From the NCBI GenBank assembly GCA_022813965.1, contig JALDZS010000031.1, forward strand, positions 124,001 to 165,226: a stretch of DNA of 41,226 nt, read 5' to 3'. The DNA comes from Toensbergia leucococca (lineage: Eukaryota). The notes beneath the pieces were generated by a model. That model saw only the letters and a list, made by a program, of their open reading frames with translations. It had not been told where the DNA came from and did no database searches. This document shows, piece by piece, positions 1 to 10,502 of the stretch (position 1 is its first letter; each line of letters begins with the position of its first letter). The position numbers and the translations under genes were made by a program.

Positions 1-1104
1 TGAGGTCTTGATGTCTATGCAAATCCAGATCGATGCCCCTCTTAAGTCCAGAACCCACAGCTTGCTTACTTGCTGAACGCGCAAATGTAGAATTCTTCGA
101 CAAATCGTTTTTAAAATCCTGCCAGCGTTGAAGTCTTGCCTGTTGGCCTGCTACTCGCTTCTCTAGATCGTGTAGCAACCCCGGGTGCTTGGTCGCCCTC
201 GGTTGACCAATACTTCCGTTCTCGACTTGGCTCCATACCTCAGGGAAAGGCTTGCCAAGGATTGGATCGTTTTCCTTTGATTGATCCCCGTAGATGATAA
301 CGTCTACCCACTTAGCATCCCCATGCCAATAAGTAATCAGATGTTTCCTTAGCTCCTGGATGCTATCCGTTGGCATGTTAGATCTAGTGTGTCTTTCGGC
401 CAATGACTCCAACTTTTCAGCTCTCGTAATGAGCTCCTGCTCTTTCGCATCTAATAGCCGTTGAAATTCGCGGAAATTCGTCCCTAATCGCTTCTTCTTA
501 CGGAGAAGGGCTGTTAAGGATGCTCGGTGAGCAATTGCCAAGGGTAACATTGATTTTTGCTCCTCTAGCGCAATATTCCGAGCGAAAGCGAGTCGCATTG
601 CAATGCATTCCCTACCGGTATTCTCAGTGCCTAATTTTTGCCGTAGTACAACTGTCGAGAAGGCAAGCAGCATGTCCTCGAACTTCTCCCCTTTGCATTC
701 ATCCAGCATTGTCTTCCGCAGCATCACATCTCTTCCCAGTACTCCATTCTTTTTGAGCTCGTTCAAGCATCTGAACAAAGCGGCGCGTAAATTCAGAGAT
801 TGAAGCGGCTCGAACGGAGGGAAAAACGGTTGTAGCTTCTGAATATGAGCGTAAGTACAAGTGCTCAAGTAATGTAAGAAACGTTCCTTGCGGTTACATT
901 TCTGGTCTCCTCTGCATCCCACAACTCGAATAAGCGGAACAAAGCCCACTCTACACAGCGAATGCGTGCTTTCTGGTTTTGGTGGGCATCTTTTGTGGAG
1001 AATGTCTGGACAGTGATGGATGGCCAATCAGGCAACTTGTCAAAATCCAGTAGCCGAAGGTTAGTTACGAAGGTCGAGGCATTCGAAGAGAAATGGTCTG
1101 GCAT
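1..1104 (-). CDS. HAUS6: HAUS augmin-like complex subunit 6 (N-terminal part; gene runs off the window start)
   Basis: Exon 1 (1104-898) reads MPDHFSSNASTFVTNLRLLDFDKLPDWP..RIRCVEWALFRLFELWDAEETRN. After a GT-AG intron (897-839) it continues KLQPFFPPFEPLQSLNLRAALFRCLNELKKNGVLGRDVMLRKTMLDECKGEKFE, matching the fungal HAUS6_N domain as I recall it. Confidence 0.85.
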
Positions 1105-2639
1105 GGTGAGCGTAGACAGCTTGCTCAGTACCCGGGCTTGGGCAGTAATGCATCGTGCGGCCTGTAGACGAATGATTCAAGCAGAGCCGCTTTTTTGACA
1201 TAACACCTCGAAATCGACTCCACGTCAGTGTTTGATATGTAAACAATGGCCGTGACACTCGGGCACATAGCTGACTCGTGACTACCTACGAGCCTACTCG
1301 TACCTCTACCTGAATTTTGAAAATACGACACTAGGCATTTATTCTAGCATCGTGTATTCTACTCCGTATTTAATCAACAAACGCAGGAGGCAGTCACGGC
1401 AGTCCACCAATCAACCAATGATCTGCGCAGGGGATCTCAGCCAATCACGCTAGAATATTCTATTCTAGCGACATTGCCCTGAGGTTTCTCGAAGCTCCAT
1501 CGCCAAAAAAAATCAGTCTTGCAGAAATCCGCCGTATTGCAGCAAGACATATCGAGGGAAGCTTTTGTGAATCTAACGTTTCTCGGATGGTAGCAACAGG
1601 ATTACTACAATCTGACTGAAAATATTCTACATGATGCGGAAGAATTCATGCTGACGATTCTTAGACCTTACCCACATAGTTGTGGCAATGATCTCTTGGC
1701 AACATAATTCTGACATAGCATCAAAATGAGGTTTGAAAAGAACATGACCGCTGTTTATTTAGAGTAGTACTTTGCCACCAAACAACCAGCGGTCGATTTG
1801 TCCACCTCGCCTCCTCATCCATACCTTGACCATCGTCCATCAAAACCCAAATCCGCTAAAATCTCCCCATGTACGTAGGAGAGAAACATCACGCTCATTC
1901 CTAGCCAATCTATCCTACATACTCAAATCTCACCCATCTCACTTTCAAAACATTTCTATTCCCCAAATATCAGCTGCAGTAAAACCTAGCCCGTAGTTTC
2001 CCACACCCCCCTATTCTCCAACACTTGCACAAATCAAACTTCCAACATCCCCCTAGCGCTCACCAGCTCCTGCAACACATTGACTCAGCCAAAAAAAGCA
2101 ACAGAATGAAAAACATAAACCCTGCAAAATCCATTGTGCCCACCCCCTCGCCCTGACGCTATAAAGCCTTGCATACACGAGCCCGCCTAAAAAGCTCTTC
2201 TCACCCGGGTTTCTGGTCTTGATCGGAAGCTCCCCGTTCTCGAGATGCAGCACGGGATGAATAATCAGATCTCACCGCGAGTCTGCATGTGCCAGTTATG
2301 ACAGACTGACCGGGTTGCCTGTAAGAGATGACCTCTCCAAGGAAGCACGAGCGTCAGCAGATTTTTTTTCTAGCTCTAGCAAAGATAAGCAGAGGTCATC
2401 GCAGCACAGACTGTACAGCCGTTGATCTCCTTTTCCGTGTGTCCCTTCAACGCAACTCCAAACCTCTTCTTCCCCTTCTTTCCTTTCTTTCCATTCACCC
2501 ATCGTCGCCAACATCTTTCTAGCCAACATCCTCACCATCCCCATCCCATCTTCTCCTCACCACCAAACTCCCTCTTCACCCTCAACCCCCAACATCCCCA
2601 AATCCCCAACATCCAACTCCCCCTCCACCCCTCCAAAAA

Positions 2640-3034
2640 ATGCACCTTCCCCCCTTCCTCCTCCTCTCCGTCCTCCTCCTCCTAACCCTAACATCCTCCC
2701 TCCCCTCCAACCCCAGTACGCCCCCTTTCCACCCCCTCCAAACCCCCCCCACCCCAGTCTCCCAACCCCAAACTAACCAAACCCCCCCCCCAAAAAAAGC
2801 CCACCCAAACGTCTACCAAGCCGAAATCGACCGCGCCGACCGAAACGCCGTGCTCGGCCTCGCGCCTCTGGATTAACGCTCCGATTAGGGGGAGAAAGGG
2901 ATGGTATATGATGAGCTTTAGAGGGACGGAGGGTGGGAGGGATGATTTTGCGTTGTTTCGTGTGCTAAAGTTTAGAGCTGGGTGCGGATTGGGGGGGGTT
3001 CTTTTTGAGGGGGGGGGGAGAAGAAGAAGGGGTA
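2640..3034 (+). CDS. Possible small secreted protein in a C-rich to G-rich low-complexity tract; 3' structure uncertain
   Basis: The ATG at 2640 gives a signal-peptide-like MHLPPFLLLSVLLLLTLTSSLP. A branch-like CTAAC and an AAG acceptor lie near 2773-2799. The downstream frame is ambiguous (stop at 2876 or near 3034). Confidence 0.3.
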
Positions 3035-3344
3035 GGCGGAAGATGTAGACGGTCATGGAGAGTCATTGAGCGGGGATTTCGATTGGGAGTGCTGGGGGTG
3101 TATGTGATGGTGCGTGCATATACGAATGGGAATGGTGCGGTTATGAGGGCTACCATTTATGACCCTGTCCTGCAAAGATGGGTAAACCACCGAGCAACTT
3201 CGAATAGAGGGCGTAAATGAACTTGGGGGAGCAGATATCACAGACCCTAACACAAAACTCCATCCCAATCAATTCTAAAAAAAACCTCCCTAATCAAAAT
3301 ACCAGCAAAACTCCATTCACAACCCCCAAAGAAAACAAAAAAAT

Positions 3345-4319
3345 CTATTCCCGCTCACAATACCCCAACCCAGGCAAAGGGGCTGTAAGATTCCCCCCTT
3401 CCCCCCCAACCCCCATCCCAAGCTCATGCAACTCGGGGATCGCAGGCATCTGCCTCGCATCCGCCGGCTTAACAACGCCCTTCCACTTCTCCGCCAGGTC
3501 GGGCATCTGCACCCGTTCCTGCCACTGCAAAACCGCCTCAAAATCCCTGCAAACCTTCCACGTGCCAAAGTCCGGAAAGGGTTTATCCTGGCCCTCGCGC
3601 CAGACGTAGGTGATGGGATCGAGGTCGGCGTGGCACATGAGGCTTTGCAGGAGCATGTCGGTGCAGTGGTTCAGATGCGTGGAGAACATGACGGGCGGGT
3701 CGAGGCCCCATTTCTGGCCCCAGTAGTAGTCGTAGTTTGTGGCGAGGCCCTTGCGCAGGGCGTTGAGGCAGTGGATCTGGTGGAAGATTTCGATTTCGAC
3801 CATGTAGTGAGAATCCAGGCCCCAGTCTTCGGGCGGCATGATGGCGTAGTCGGGGTTTTTGCCGAGCTTGACGACGTCGTCGTGGGTGACCGGGTGGACG
3901 CCGATGTGCGAGATGCGATCCCAGGCGGCGTCGACTTCTGGGGAGGGAGGGAGACGGTAGATGTGGGATGCGTTGGTGGGAGAGGGAAACATGGTTGCGT
4001 CAGTCAGTCTGTTGTGGAGTGGGAGGTCGAGACGACCGAAGATGGGGGAGTAGAATGAAGTTGCTCTGGCGAGACCGTTGTTGTGGTGTTGCAGCCAGTT
4101 CATCCAAAGGACTGTAGATAGAACGGCAACAATACATCCGAAGAGTAAAAGGATTCCTCCAGCGGGATTGCATGAGAGTCGAGGGTAGAAGAAAACGGAT
4201 TTGGGTGGTCGAGTCTTCCTGGAGTGGAGCAATGGATCATCTTGGCCATCATTCGGCTTCTCGTCGCAACTCTCCTCGTTGCTGATTTCGTAGTAGGAAT
4301 AGGGGACGTTGGAAGCCAT
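3345..4319 (-). CDS. UstYa-like / DUF3328 oxidase (fungal RiPP tailoring enzyme), intronless, 324 aa
   Basis: N-terminal TM helix (GILLLFGCIVAVLSTVLW), PPSPEVDAAWD, two HxxHC motifs (FHQIHCLNALR; HLNHCTDMLLQSLMCHAD) and C-terminal CRDFEAV, all characteristic of DUF3328. Confidence 0.95.
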   Translation of the reverse strand: MASNVPYSYYEISNEESCDEKPNDGQDDPLLHSRKTRPPKSVFFYPRLSCNPAGGILLLFGCIVAVLSTVLWMNWLQHHNNGLARATSFYSPIFGRLDLPLHNRLTDATMFPSPTNASHIYRLPPSPEVDAAWDRISHIGVHPVTHDDVVKLGKNPDYAIMPPEDWGLDSHYMVEIEIFHQIHCLNALRKGLATNYDYYWGQKWGLDPPVMFSTHLNHCTDMLLQSLMCHADLDPITYVWREGQDKPFPDFGTWKVCRDFEAVLQWQERVQMPDLAEKWKGVVKPADARQMPAIPELHELGMGVGGEGGNLTAPLPGLGYCERE

Positions 4320-5480
4320 GACACAAGTGCGTTCAGTATCTCAATAGATGAACCAAAGTCCGAAGAAGAAAAATAAGAGGAAATGGGAAGTGCAAGAGCA
4401 GGTCAGCAACGGTATCAACGGTCGAAGAAGTGATTAGCTGAAGCAGAGTTTCGGGCAAACTTCCTCTACTGTGGAGTCTTTGGTAACAAGCCAATTTAGA
4501 CCCACGTCTTCCCAGATTTATTTCCAGGTTGACAGCCCGATATGCATGTGGACTTTCCACGTAAGACGGCGGCCCTCTAGATCAAATGGCCAGTTGACTG
4601 AATGCATGACTGTGATATCAGCACAATGCATATTCAAGGTATGTTTTGGAACATCTAAAACCCTAGACGATTACAGTCGGAGTGATCAGCTTGTCGGACG
4701 AAGACGTGATAGAGTAGAATGAGGACGATAGTGATGGCAATTAGCGGTGCCAGTGGCCGTGCGCGATGAGGCTCCGAGAAGAGCCGGATACGAAGTACGG
4801 AGTAAGACTAGGTACTCTTCTGTGTAACATTCAGTGCAGTAGGAAGATTAATAATCGAGGAATATGCGCGCGGATCAACAAGGTTGAGAATGACTGTGCC
4901 AAATCTTCGAGTGACGCTAACAAAAACAACCTTGAGCTCACGACGACATCCATCCAGAATGAAGACGTCTAGAGGCTTTGCATATACGAGTGGCAATACT
5001 TACTTTGTAAAGAACAAAGCCTCGAACACTTGGCACAGTCAAAGCAATGCGTTTGCTTGGCCAAGATATCTCACCCTCCTGAGCTGACTACACAAACATG
5101 AAGACCTACCTGCTTACAATGCTTGAAGTATCACTTGGATCAGAAAGCACGACGATGATGAATAATGCTCATCACACCGCCCTTTTACTCGCCTTTAAAA
5201 ATGTATCTCTTGCGAGTCGTAGCGCATTAGATTGATGAAATATCCGTTTCGCAAGTTGAGTCGTCACTCCGTGCCGATTGCCCAACGAGGAAGAAGGCCG
5301 TTCGTGCATAGAGAATCAGCAATTCATTGTCGCCTGACTGCTTAGTGCTGATGCGATGGAGCCATCTTGTTGCTGAGGATGAAGTAATAGAATCTTTCAA
5401 CCGCTATGTGCTTTCGAGTAGTATTCTGCCTCTGCAGTGGGATTGTGGACATGAACTTGAAATCGATGTGGAGGACAGAA

Positions 5481-5488
5481 TATATAAA
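5481..5488 (+). promoter_or_regulatory. Putative TATA box of the precursor gene
   Basis: TATATAAA about 110 nt upstream of the precursor ATG at 5599. Confidence 0.5.
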
Positions 5489-5598
5489 TCAGTATTCCCA
5501 CACGCTCAACACTCATCTCTAGCCTTCTGTTAAACTTACCCTAGACCCATTCTTACAACGACCAAGTACTTTTGTGCCTCGAATAAATTTTCGACAAA

Positions 5599-6257
5599 AT
5601 GCATTTTAAAATCACTCTAGTTTCTCTGGTCGTGTCCCTAGGACTCGTTTCAGCCATGCCGGTCATCCCAGGGAGTCATGGTAAATACTTGCCTTTCGAA
5701 CTTTCTGTGCAAGTGAAGGAAGTTGACTGTCTCTAGCTGCTGCCGCTAGAGATGTCCAAGGTGTTCGTCCTCCTGCCACAGCATTTTCCATATCATGTTT
5801 GGGAAAAGCTCCCGACTACTTCCACCCTTAGACCATTTTCATTTCTGACGAAACACCACAGTGGGACGATGATCAGAATAAGATCTACTCGAAGCGTTCT
5901 GCCAAGGCTGACGTCCAAGGCTGGGACGATGACCAAAACAAGATTTACTCAAAGCGTTCCGCTGATGTTCAAGGGGTACATAGACTCTTCACCTCCCCTC
6001 TCAGATTTGTTGGTCCAAATAGCTGCTAACAGGAAAATCCTCAGTGGGACGATGACCAGAATAAGATCTACTCCAAGCGTTTCGCCTCGCCCGATGTCCA
6101 GGGCTGGGATGACGACCAGAACAAGATCTATTCCAAGCGCTCCGCCTCGCCCGATGTCCAGGGCTGGGATGACGACCAGAACAAGATCTACTCCAAGCGC
6201 TCCGCCTCGCCCGATGTCCAGGGCTGGGATGACGATCAAAATAAGATCTATTCCTAG
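5599..6257 (+). CDS. Kex2-processed repeat protein / RiPP precursor, 144 aa, with 6 x DVQGWDDDQNKIYS
   Basis: Exons 5599-5680, 5737-5762, 5862-5975, 6045-6257 with GT..AG introns. Translation: MHFKITLVSLVVSLGLVSAMPVIPGSHAAAAR-DVQGWDDDQNKIYS-KR-SAKA-DVQGWDDDQNKIYS-KR-SA-DVQGWDDDQNKIYS-KR-FASP-DVQGWDDDQNKIYS-KR-SASP-DVQGWDDDQNKIYS-KR-SASP-DVQGWDDDQNKIYS*. It has a signal peptide and KR sites and lies between two DUF3328 genes. Confidence 0.92.
6045..6254 (+). repeat. Coding tandem repeat, 60-nt unit, about 3.5 copies in the last precursor exon
   Basis: The unit tgggatgacgaccagaacaagatcta(t/c)tccaagcgctccgcctcgcccgatgtccagggc repeats at 60-nt spacing. Confidence 0.95.
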
Positions 6258-7455
6258 TTCTATAAGGCTTGAATAGGGTAAGCTATTCGTTGTATATTGA
6301 TAAAAAAACAAACTGACATTTAGGCAGTAAGCCGCCAAGGGGCAATGGCACAAGCGCAATGAAATGATTAGAGAGATGAGAGATAGGCAAGCATTTGAAG
6401 GCATGGGTATGATCGGGTGTGGTAACTAGAAAAAAGCACTATCTTTTGGAATTAAACCACCGTTTTCTGCCGATTACCAGATCTATCAAGTGTATGAAAA
6501 TGTGACAAGTACTGAACATCATGGCACTGTGCTATTGGTGATACAAACAAATTATTTCTCAATTGTTGGATAGCAGACCGTGTAAAGTGTAGTCTGAAGC
6601 CATTTCAAGCTTAAGAAATTTATAAAACCCCCCAGTGACGAATTCCACATCAGTTAATGGCCTTAATTTAAGAGAGCAATAAAACGATCATGCGTGCAGG
6701 AAATGGGGACCTGGGCTCCAAATGATCCACATTTACGTTCCAGGAGAAGGCGTGCAAATCGAAGTTTGTATTTCAAGCATCATGAAGTGTTGACAGCTTG
6801 CGGTAGTTTTGTCATGCATATCGAGGAGCTAGTTTCTGAGATACCAGAATCGTTAGACGGAAAGGAGTCAGCGGCTGCGTTTTTTGCTAGTGGCGAAGAG
6901 GATTTATAAGGTCGCCAAGGTAAGTTGTAAGCACTAGATATGACACTACCTAAGTTTGCCACAGTATTTGAACGAGTACTGCATTGATGACTGCAGAACC
7001 AGAAATGATCTCCGATATGCTGATTGATATCGCAACTCCCATTCTTTTCTCCACCTTCGCTAAACTTGCATGCATGCAGTCAGAATCGTGTCGTGTCATC
7101 TTGATAAGCAAAATACGAGCAAAAATTTCTTGATAGCTTCACAAGAAGCGGTCTGATCAAAATGGTATCAGGCAAACTCTAATGGTATTCTTTGCCCGTC
7201 ATCGCTGATATGTATACCGCGAATGTCATCTCTTGACATGATGTAACGTGGAATTAGCAGACTGGAAATTGGGAATACTCATCTTACTCAATACTCTATT
7301 CCTTGAAACAAATCATGATGATACATCTCATACTCTTGACATACAGCATCGCCGAAGCCTGCTCCTGATTGACTGCCTTCGTGTGGGTATTTCGCATCAT
7401 ATCGAATTGTTGAGTAGTCTCATTTTCAAATTTTGGAAGTACTGCGAAAAGTGCG

Positions 7456-8449
7456 ATGCCATTCGATAAAGAAACCACGTATTCTCCAGTGTCCAGCGCC
7501 GAGGATGGACGCATGGCATCTCAAGAGAGTGAGGAGTCTCTTCTGAACGGGCACACTCGGCGGCGAGAGGCAAAATCCCACTCAATCTGGACTTTTGCGA
7601 TTGCATTCAATGTGCTGTTCTTCCTCGCTGGATGCTCGTCTCTTGCCCTGACAATCTTCTGGAAGCGTGAGGTCGACGAAAATACCTGCGCTCGCAAGAC
7701 GTCCGTTTGGTGTAAGTGAGCTTGAAATCATTCATGTACGGATTCTCACGCTTGGGTGCAGCGCCTGCACTTGATGTAGTCCGGTATGAAGAAGTTGAGT
7801 TTCAAAACCTATTCGATGAGCCATCTATATATCGTGGACCACCCACAGCTGAGCGAGAACAGGCATGGCAGGATCTCTGGGAACGTGAGTCGTCGAGGCT
7901 TCGTAAGCATGGAGGTTTCTAACAACAGGCAGACAACACCGTCAGCATACCAGCAGATAAACTCCACCTCTTGAACAAGTCTATTTCGATACAGCCCTTT
8001 CGCCGCATCCCAGAATCACGTGGCGGTGGATTTTCCGGTACCCCAGACGTCTTTCATCAGCTGCACTGCCTCGATAGAATCAGGCAATATACATGGCTCC
8101 AATCTGGGAATTATGGTGACTCGCCAAACACCGCGGCTGGGGAGCAAAAATCATTGCCACTGGTACCTATTCCCTCTGTCTGGGAGGGAATGACGGACAC
8201 CGGGAATCGGATGCATGTCGACCATTGTATCGAGTCGTTAAGAAAGACCCTGGTATGTGGTCCTCGTGATAGCAATAAGAGCATATACTAAAATGCAATT
8301 AGATGTGCCATGGAGATGTAACGCCATTACTGATTGCTGCAGACGAGAGTAGTTGGCTTGGGGCCAAGCCAGATTTTAATGTCCATCAAAAGTGCAGAAA
8401 CTGGGATGCGATTAGGGAGTGGACGACAGAGAACTGGGTCCAGTGGTGA
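7456..8449 (+). CDS. Second UstYa-like / DUF3328 oxidase, 4 exons, 281 aa
   Basis: Exons 7456-7711, 7762-7884, 7933-8252, 8303-8449 join in frame. The protein has a TM helix (IWTFAIAFNVLFFLAGCSSLAL), TSVWSPA, YRGPPTAEREQAWQDL, VFHQLHCLDRIR, HVDHCIESLRKTLMCHGDVTP and DFNVHQKCRNWDAIREW. Confidence 0.93.
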
Positions 8450-9297
8450 TGTATTAAGGCTATGAGAGACATAGTAGGATACCTCGAATTTTCGAGGGCG
8501 ATGACCTAGCTACTGAACAAATCGGCGTCAAAAGATTCGAATTAATATCCAATACTCAGGAGTCTGCAAATGGTGTATGGTCGTCTTAGGAAATTAACAT
8601 GTTCTCTTTCTCTTTGTATCGCAAGTAGGAGCTCGGAGTATCCATACGGAATGGGGGAAATGTATGAGCGTTGACGGAAACATCATAAATGGCCCCCATT
8701 TACTGATGCCGCCCAGAGACGGCTTCTCAAGCATTTTGAGGGTGTTAAGAGGTTCCCAGTCACGTTCTCGACATTTAAGAGCCCGTGTTGGTATCGTGGG
8801 CGGACTATGTCATAAGTTTGTGTGGGCATGTATTGTGGTACAAACCCTTGTCTCAGTCAAACCACAGGTGCAGGCACCTTAGTGACGGATGAATGTAAAC
8901 AAGGTACTTCTCTCAATAGAGGAGAAATCGAATATCAAACAATGCATGTGTTTTCCTCGTACTACTCGTAGAGTAAGGAATCAAAATGCTCAGCCTAACC
9001 CTCAATCCACAGCCCTACAATTATTCTAAGCCCAACGCGCGAGCCAGGGCGCCACGCACGTCAAGTCGTCAAGCTCCGTTTGTTGATGCAACTTCCCTCT
9101 CCCCGTCGCCTCAATTCAACCACCCGAACACGACCATGCGAAGCACAAGACCGCAAGCATGCCCGACAACAGATTGACAAACAAGGGGCCATGGTCATCA
9201 ACAAGAAGATGATACTACCGCCAATTTACTATAAACGGTCCCGTCCTTGATCTTCCAGAGATCGGCACTTCGAAGTCTCAAGAACACCTGAACAACC

Positions 9298-10141
9298 ATG
9301 GCTCACAGCACTAAGCCCACGGCTTCGAGCACGGTACCGTCAAAGGAACCATGGTCCGTAGAATCTGGTAAGTTACGCTTGCTACTTTTACTCCAGCCCC
9401 AATCCCCGTCCTTGGATACGCTCGAAACCCTCCACTTTGTTTAAGACTAACACAGCCCAAGTTCTCTCTACTCTGGCCTCTCCACCGCCTTCCGCGTCCA
9501 CAACCCCGATTCCCTTCTTCCACCTTCTCGAACGGCTCAAGACCACCAAGCGCGAAGGCTGGCGCCGATTCGGTATCAGCTCCGGCGAGTCCATCTCTGA
9601 TCACATGTATCGAATGTCCATCATGACCATGCTAGCTCCTCCCTCTTTGTCCTCTAGGCTTAATGTTCAGCATTGTACAAAGATGGCTCTGGTGCACGAT
9701 ATGGCCGAGGCTTTGGTTGGAGATATTACGCCTGTTGACGGCGTGAGTAAGATCGAGAAGAACCGACGGGAGTCGACAACAATGGACTTCTTGACCAGAG
9801 GATTGTTGGGTGGTGTAAACGGTGGCGTGCAGGGAGAAGGGCTTAAGGAAATTTGGCAGGAGTATGAGGATGATGAGACGCTGGAGGCAAATTTCGTGCA
9901 TGACGTTGATAAGATGGAACTCGTATTGCAGATGATAGAGTATGAGAGGATGGGGGAAGGGAAATTAGATTTGGGGGAGTTTGTCTGGGTGGCTGATAGG
10001 ATTAAATTGGATGAAGTGAAAGAGTGGTGTCGAGAGGTTTTGAGAGAGAGGGAGCAATTCTGGAAGGACACGGGGAAAATTGCGGGTGGATTTGATGTGG
10101 GAGCTAAAGTCTTGAAGGGTGGAGAGAGAACCCTAAAATAG
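9298..10141 (+). CDS. YGK1: HD-domain 5'-deoxynucleotidase (HDDC2/YGK1 family)
   Basis: ATG 9298, intron about 9368-9455. Motifs LKTTKREGW, ESISDHMYRM, ALVHDMAEALVGDITP and VHDVDKMEL. Confidence 0.9.
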
Positions 10142-10502
10142 AATTGAGGAATGGTGAGATTCGTACCTCTTGGGTGTTTACGACGATAGAGCAATGGAGC
10201 GAACAAGATGTACTTTACTAAAAGTCATTAGCCACGGCGCATGGCGAAGTGATGTGTTCTTTTAGAGCAGATAGCCATGCCCCTTCTTATTCACTAGGCG
10301 CCAGTGTTTCGTATAGCAAACAGAGGCCATGATTGGACAAGAAAATCGATGCCAGGTTCAAGACTATGAGAGAGATGGACATGGAATGCAATGGCCCTCG
10401 TAGAAAATGAGGACCGAGAGACTCTGAGGACTCCTTGGTAAGAGCACAAAATATAGATCTCGTGAGATTCCTGTAGATTTAGTAATTGTACTTCAGTCTG
10501 CT

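Noticed and set aside
1590..2310. Possible box C/D snoRNAs (TGATG..CTGA pairs; a 9-nt GCCAGTTAT complement to LSU rRNA)
   Set aside because: The C boxes are imperfect, and the complementarity is short and not adjacent to a D box. This cannot be supported without a covariance-model search.
3426..4058. 210-aa + strand ORF, and similar antisense ORFs over the HD, Usp107 and MTR10 genes
   Set aside because: These are antisense shadows of well-supported genes and carry no recognisable motifs.
4660..4790. Minus-strand hydrophobic stretch (PLAPLIAITIVLILLYHVF) as a relic third DUF3328 N-terminus
   Set aside because: There is no start codon, HxxHC motif or continuing frame, so it may be chance.
5862..6254. 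CRISPR-like repeat array
   Set aside because: The context is eukaryotic, there are no unique spacers, and the repeats are codon-structured.
5599..6257. Alpha-type mating pheromone precursor
   Set aside because: The processing signals are similar, but Pezizomycotina alpha-pheromones typically contain two Cys (WC..GxxC type). This core has none and is flanked by DUF3328 genes. A signalling role is not excluded.
5752..6404. ORF-track repeat proteins 5752..6276 (+) and 5949..6404 (-)
   Set aside because: These are shadow frames of the precursor repeat. They run through introns, and only the WDDDQNKIYSKR frame keeps the core substitutions synonymous and joins to a signal peptide.
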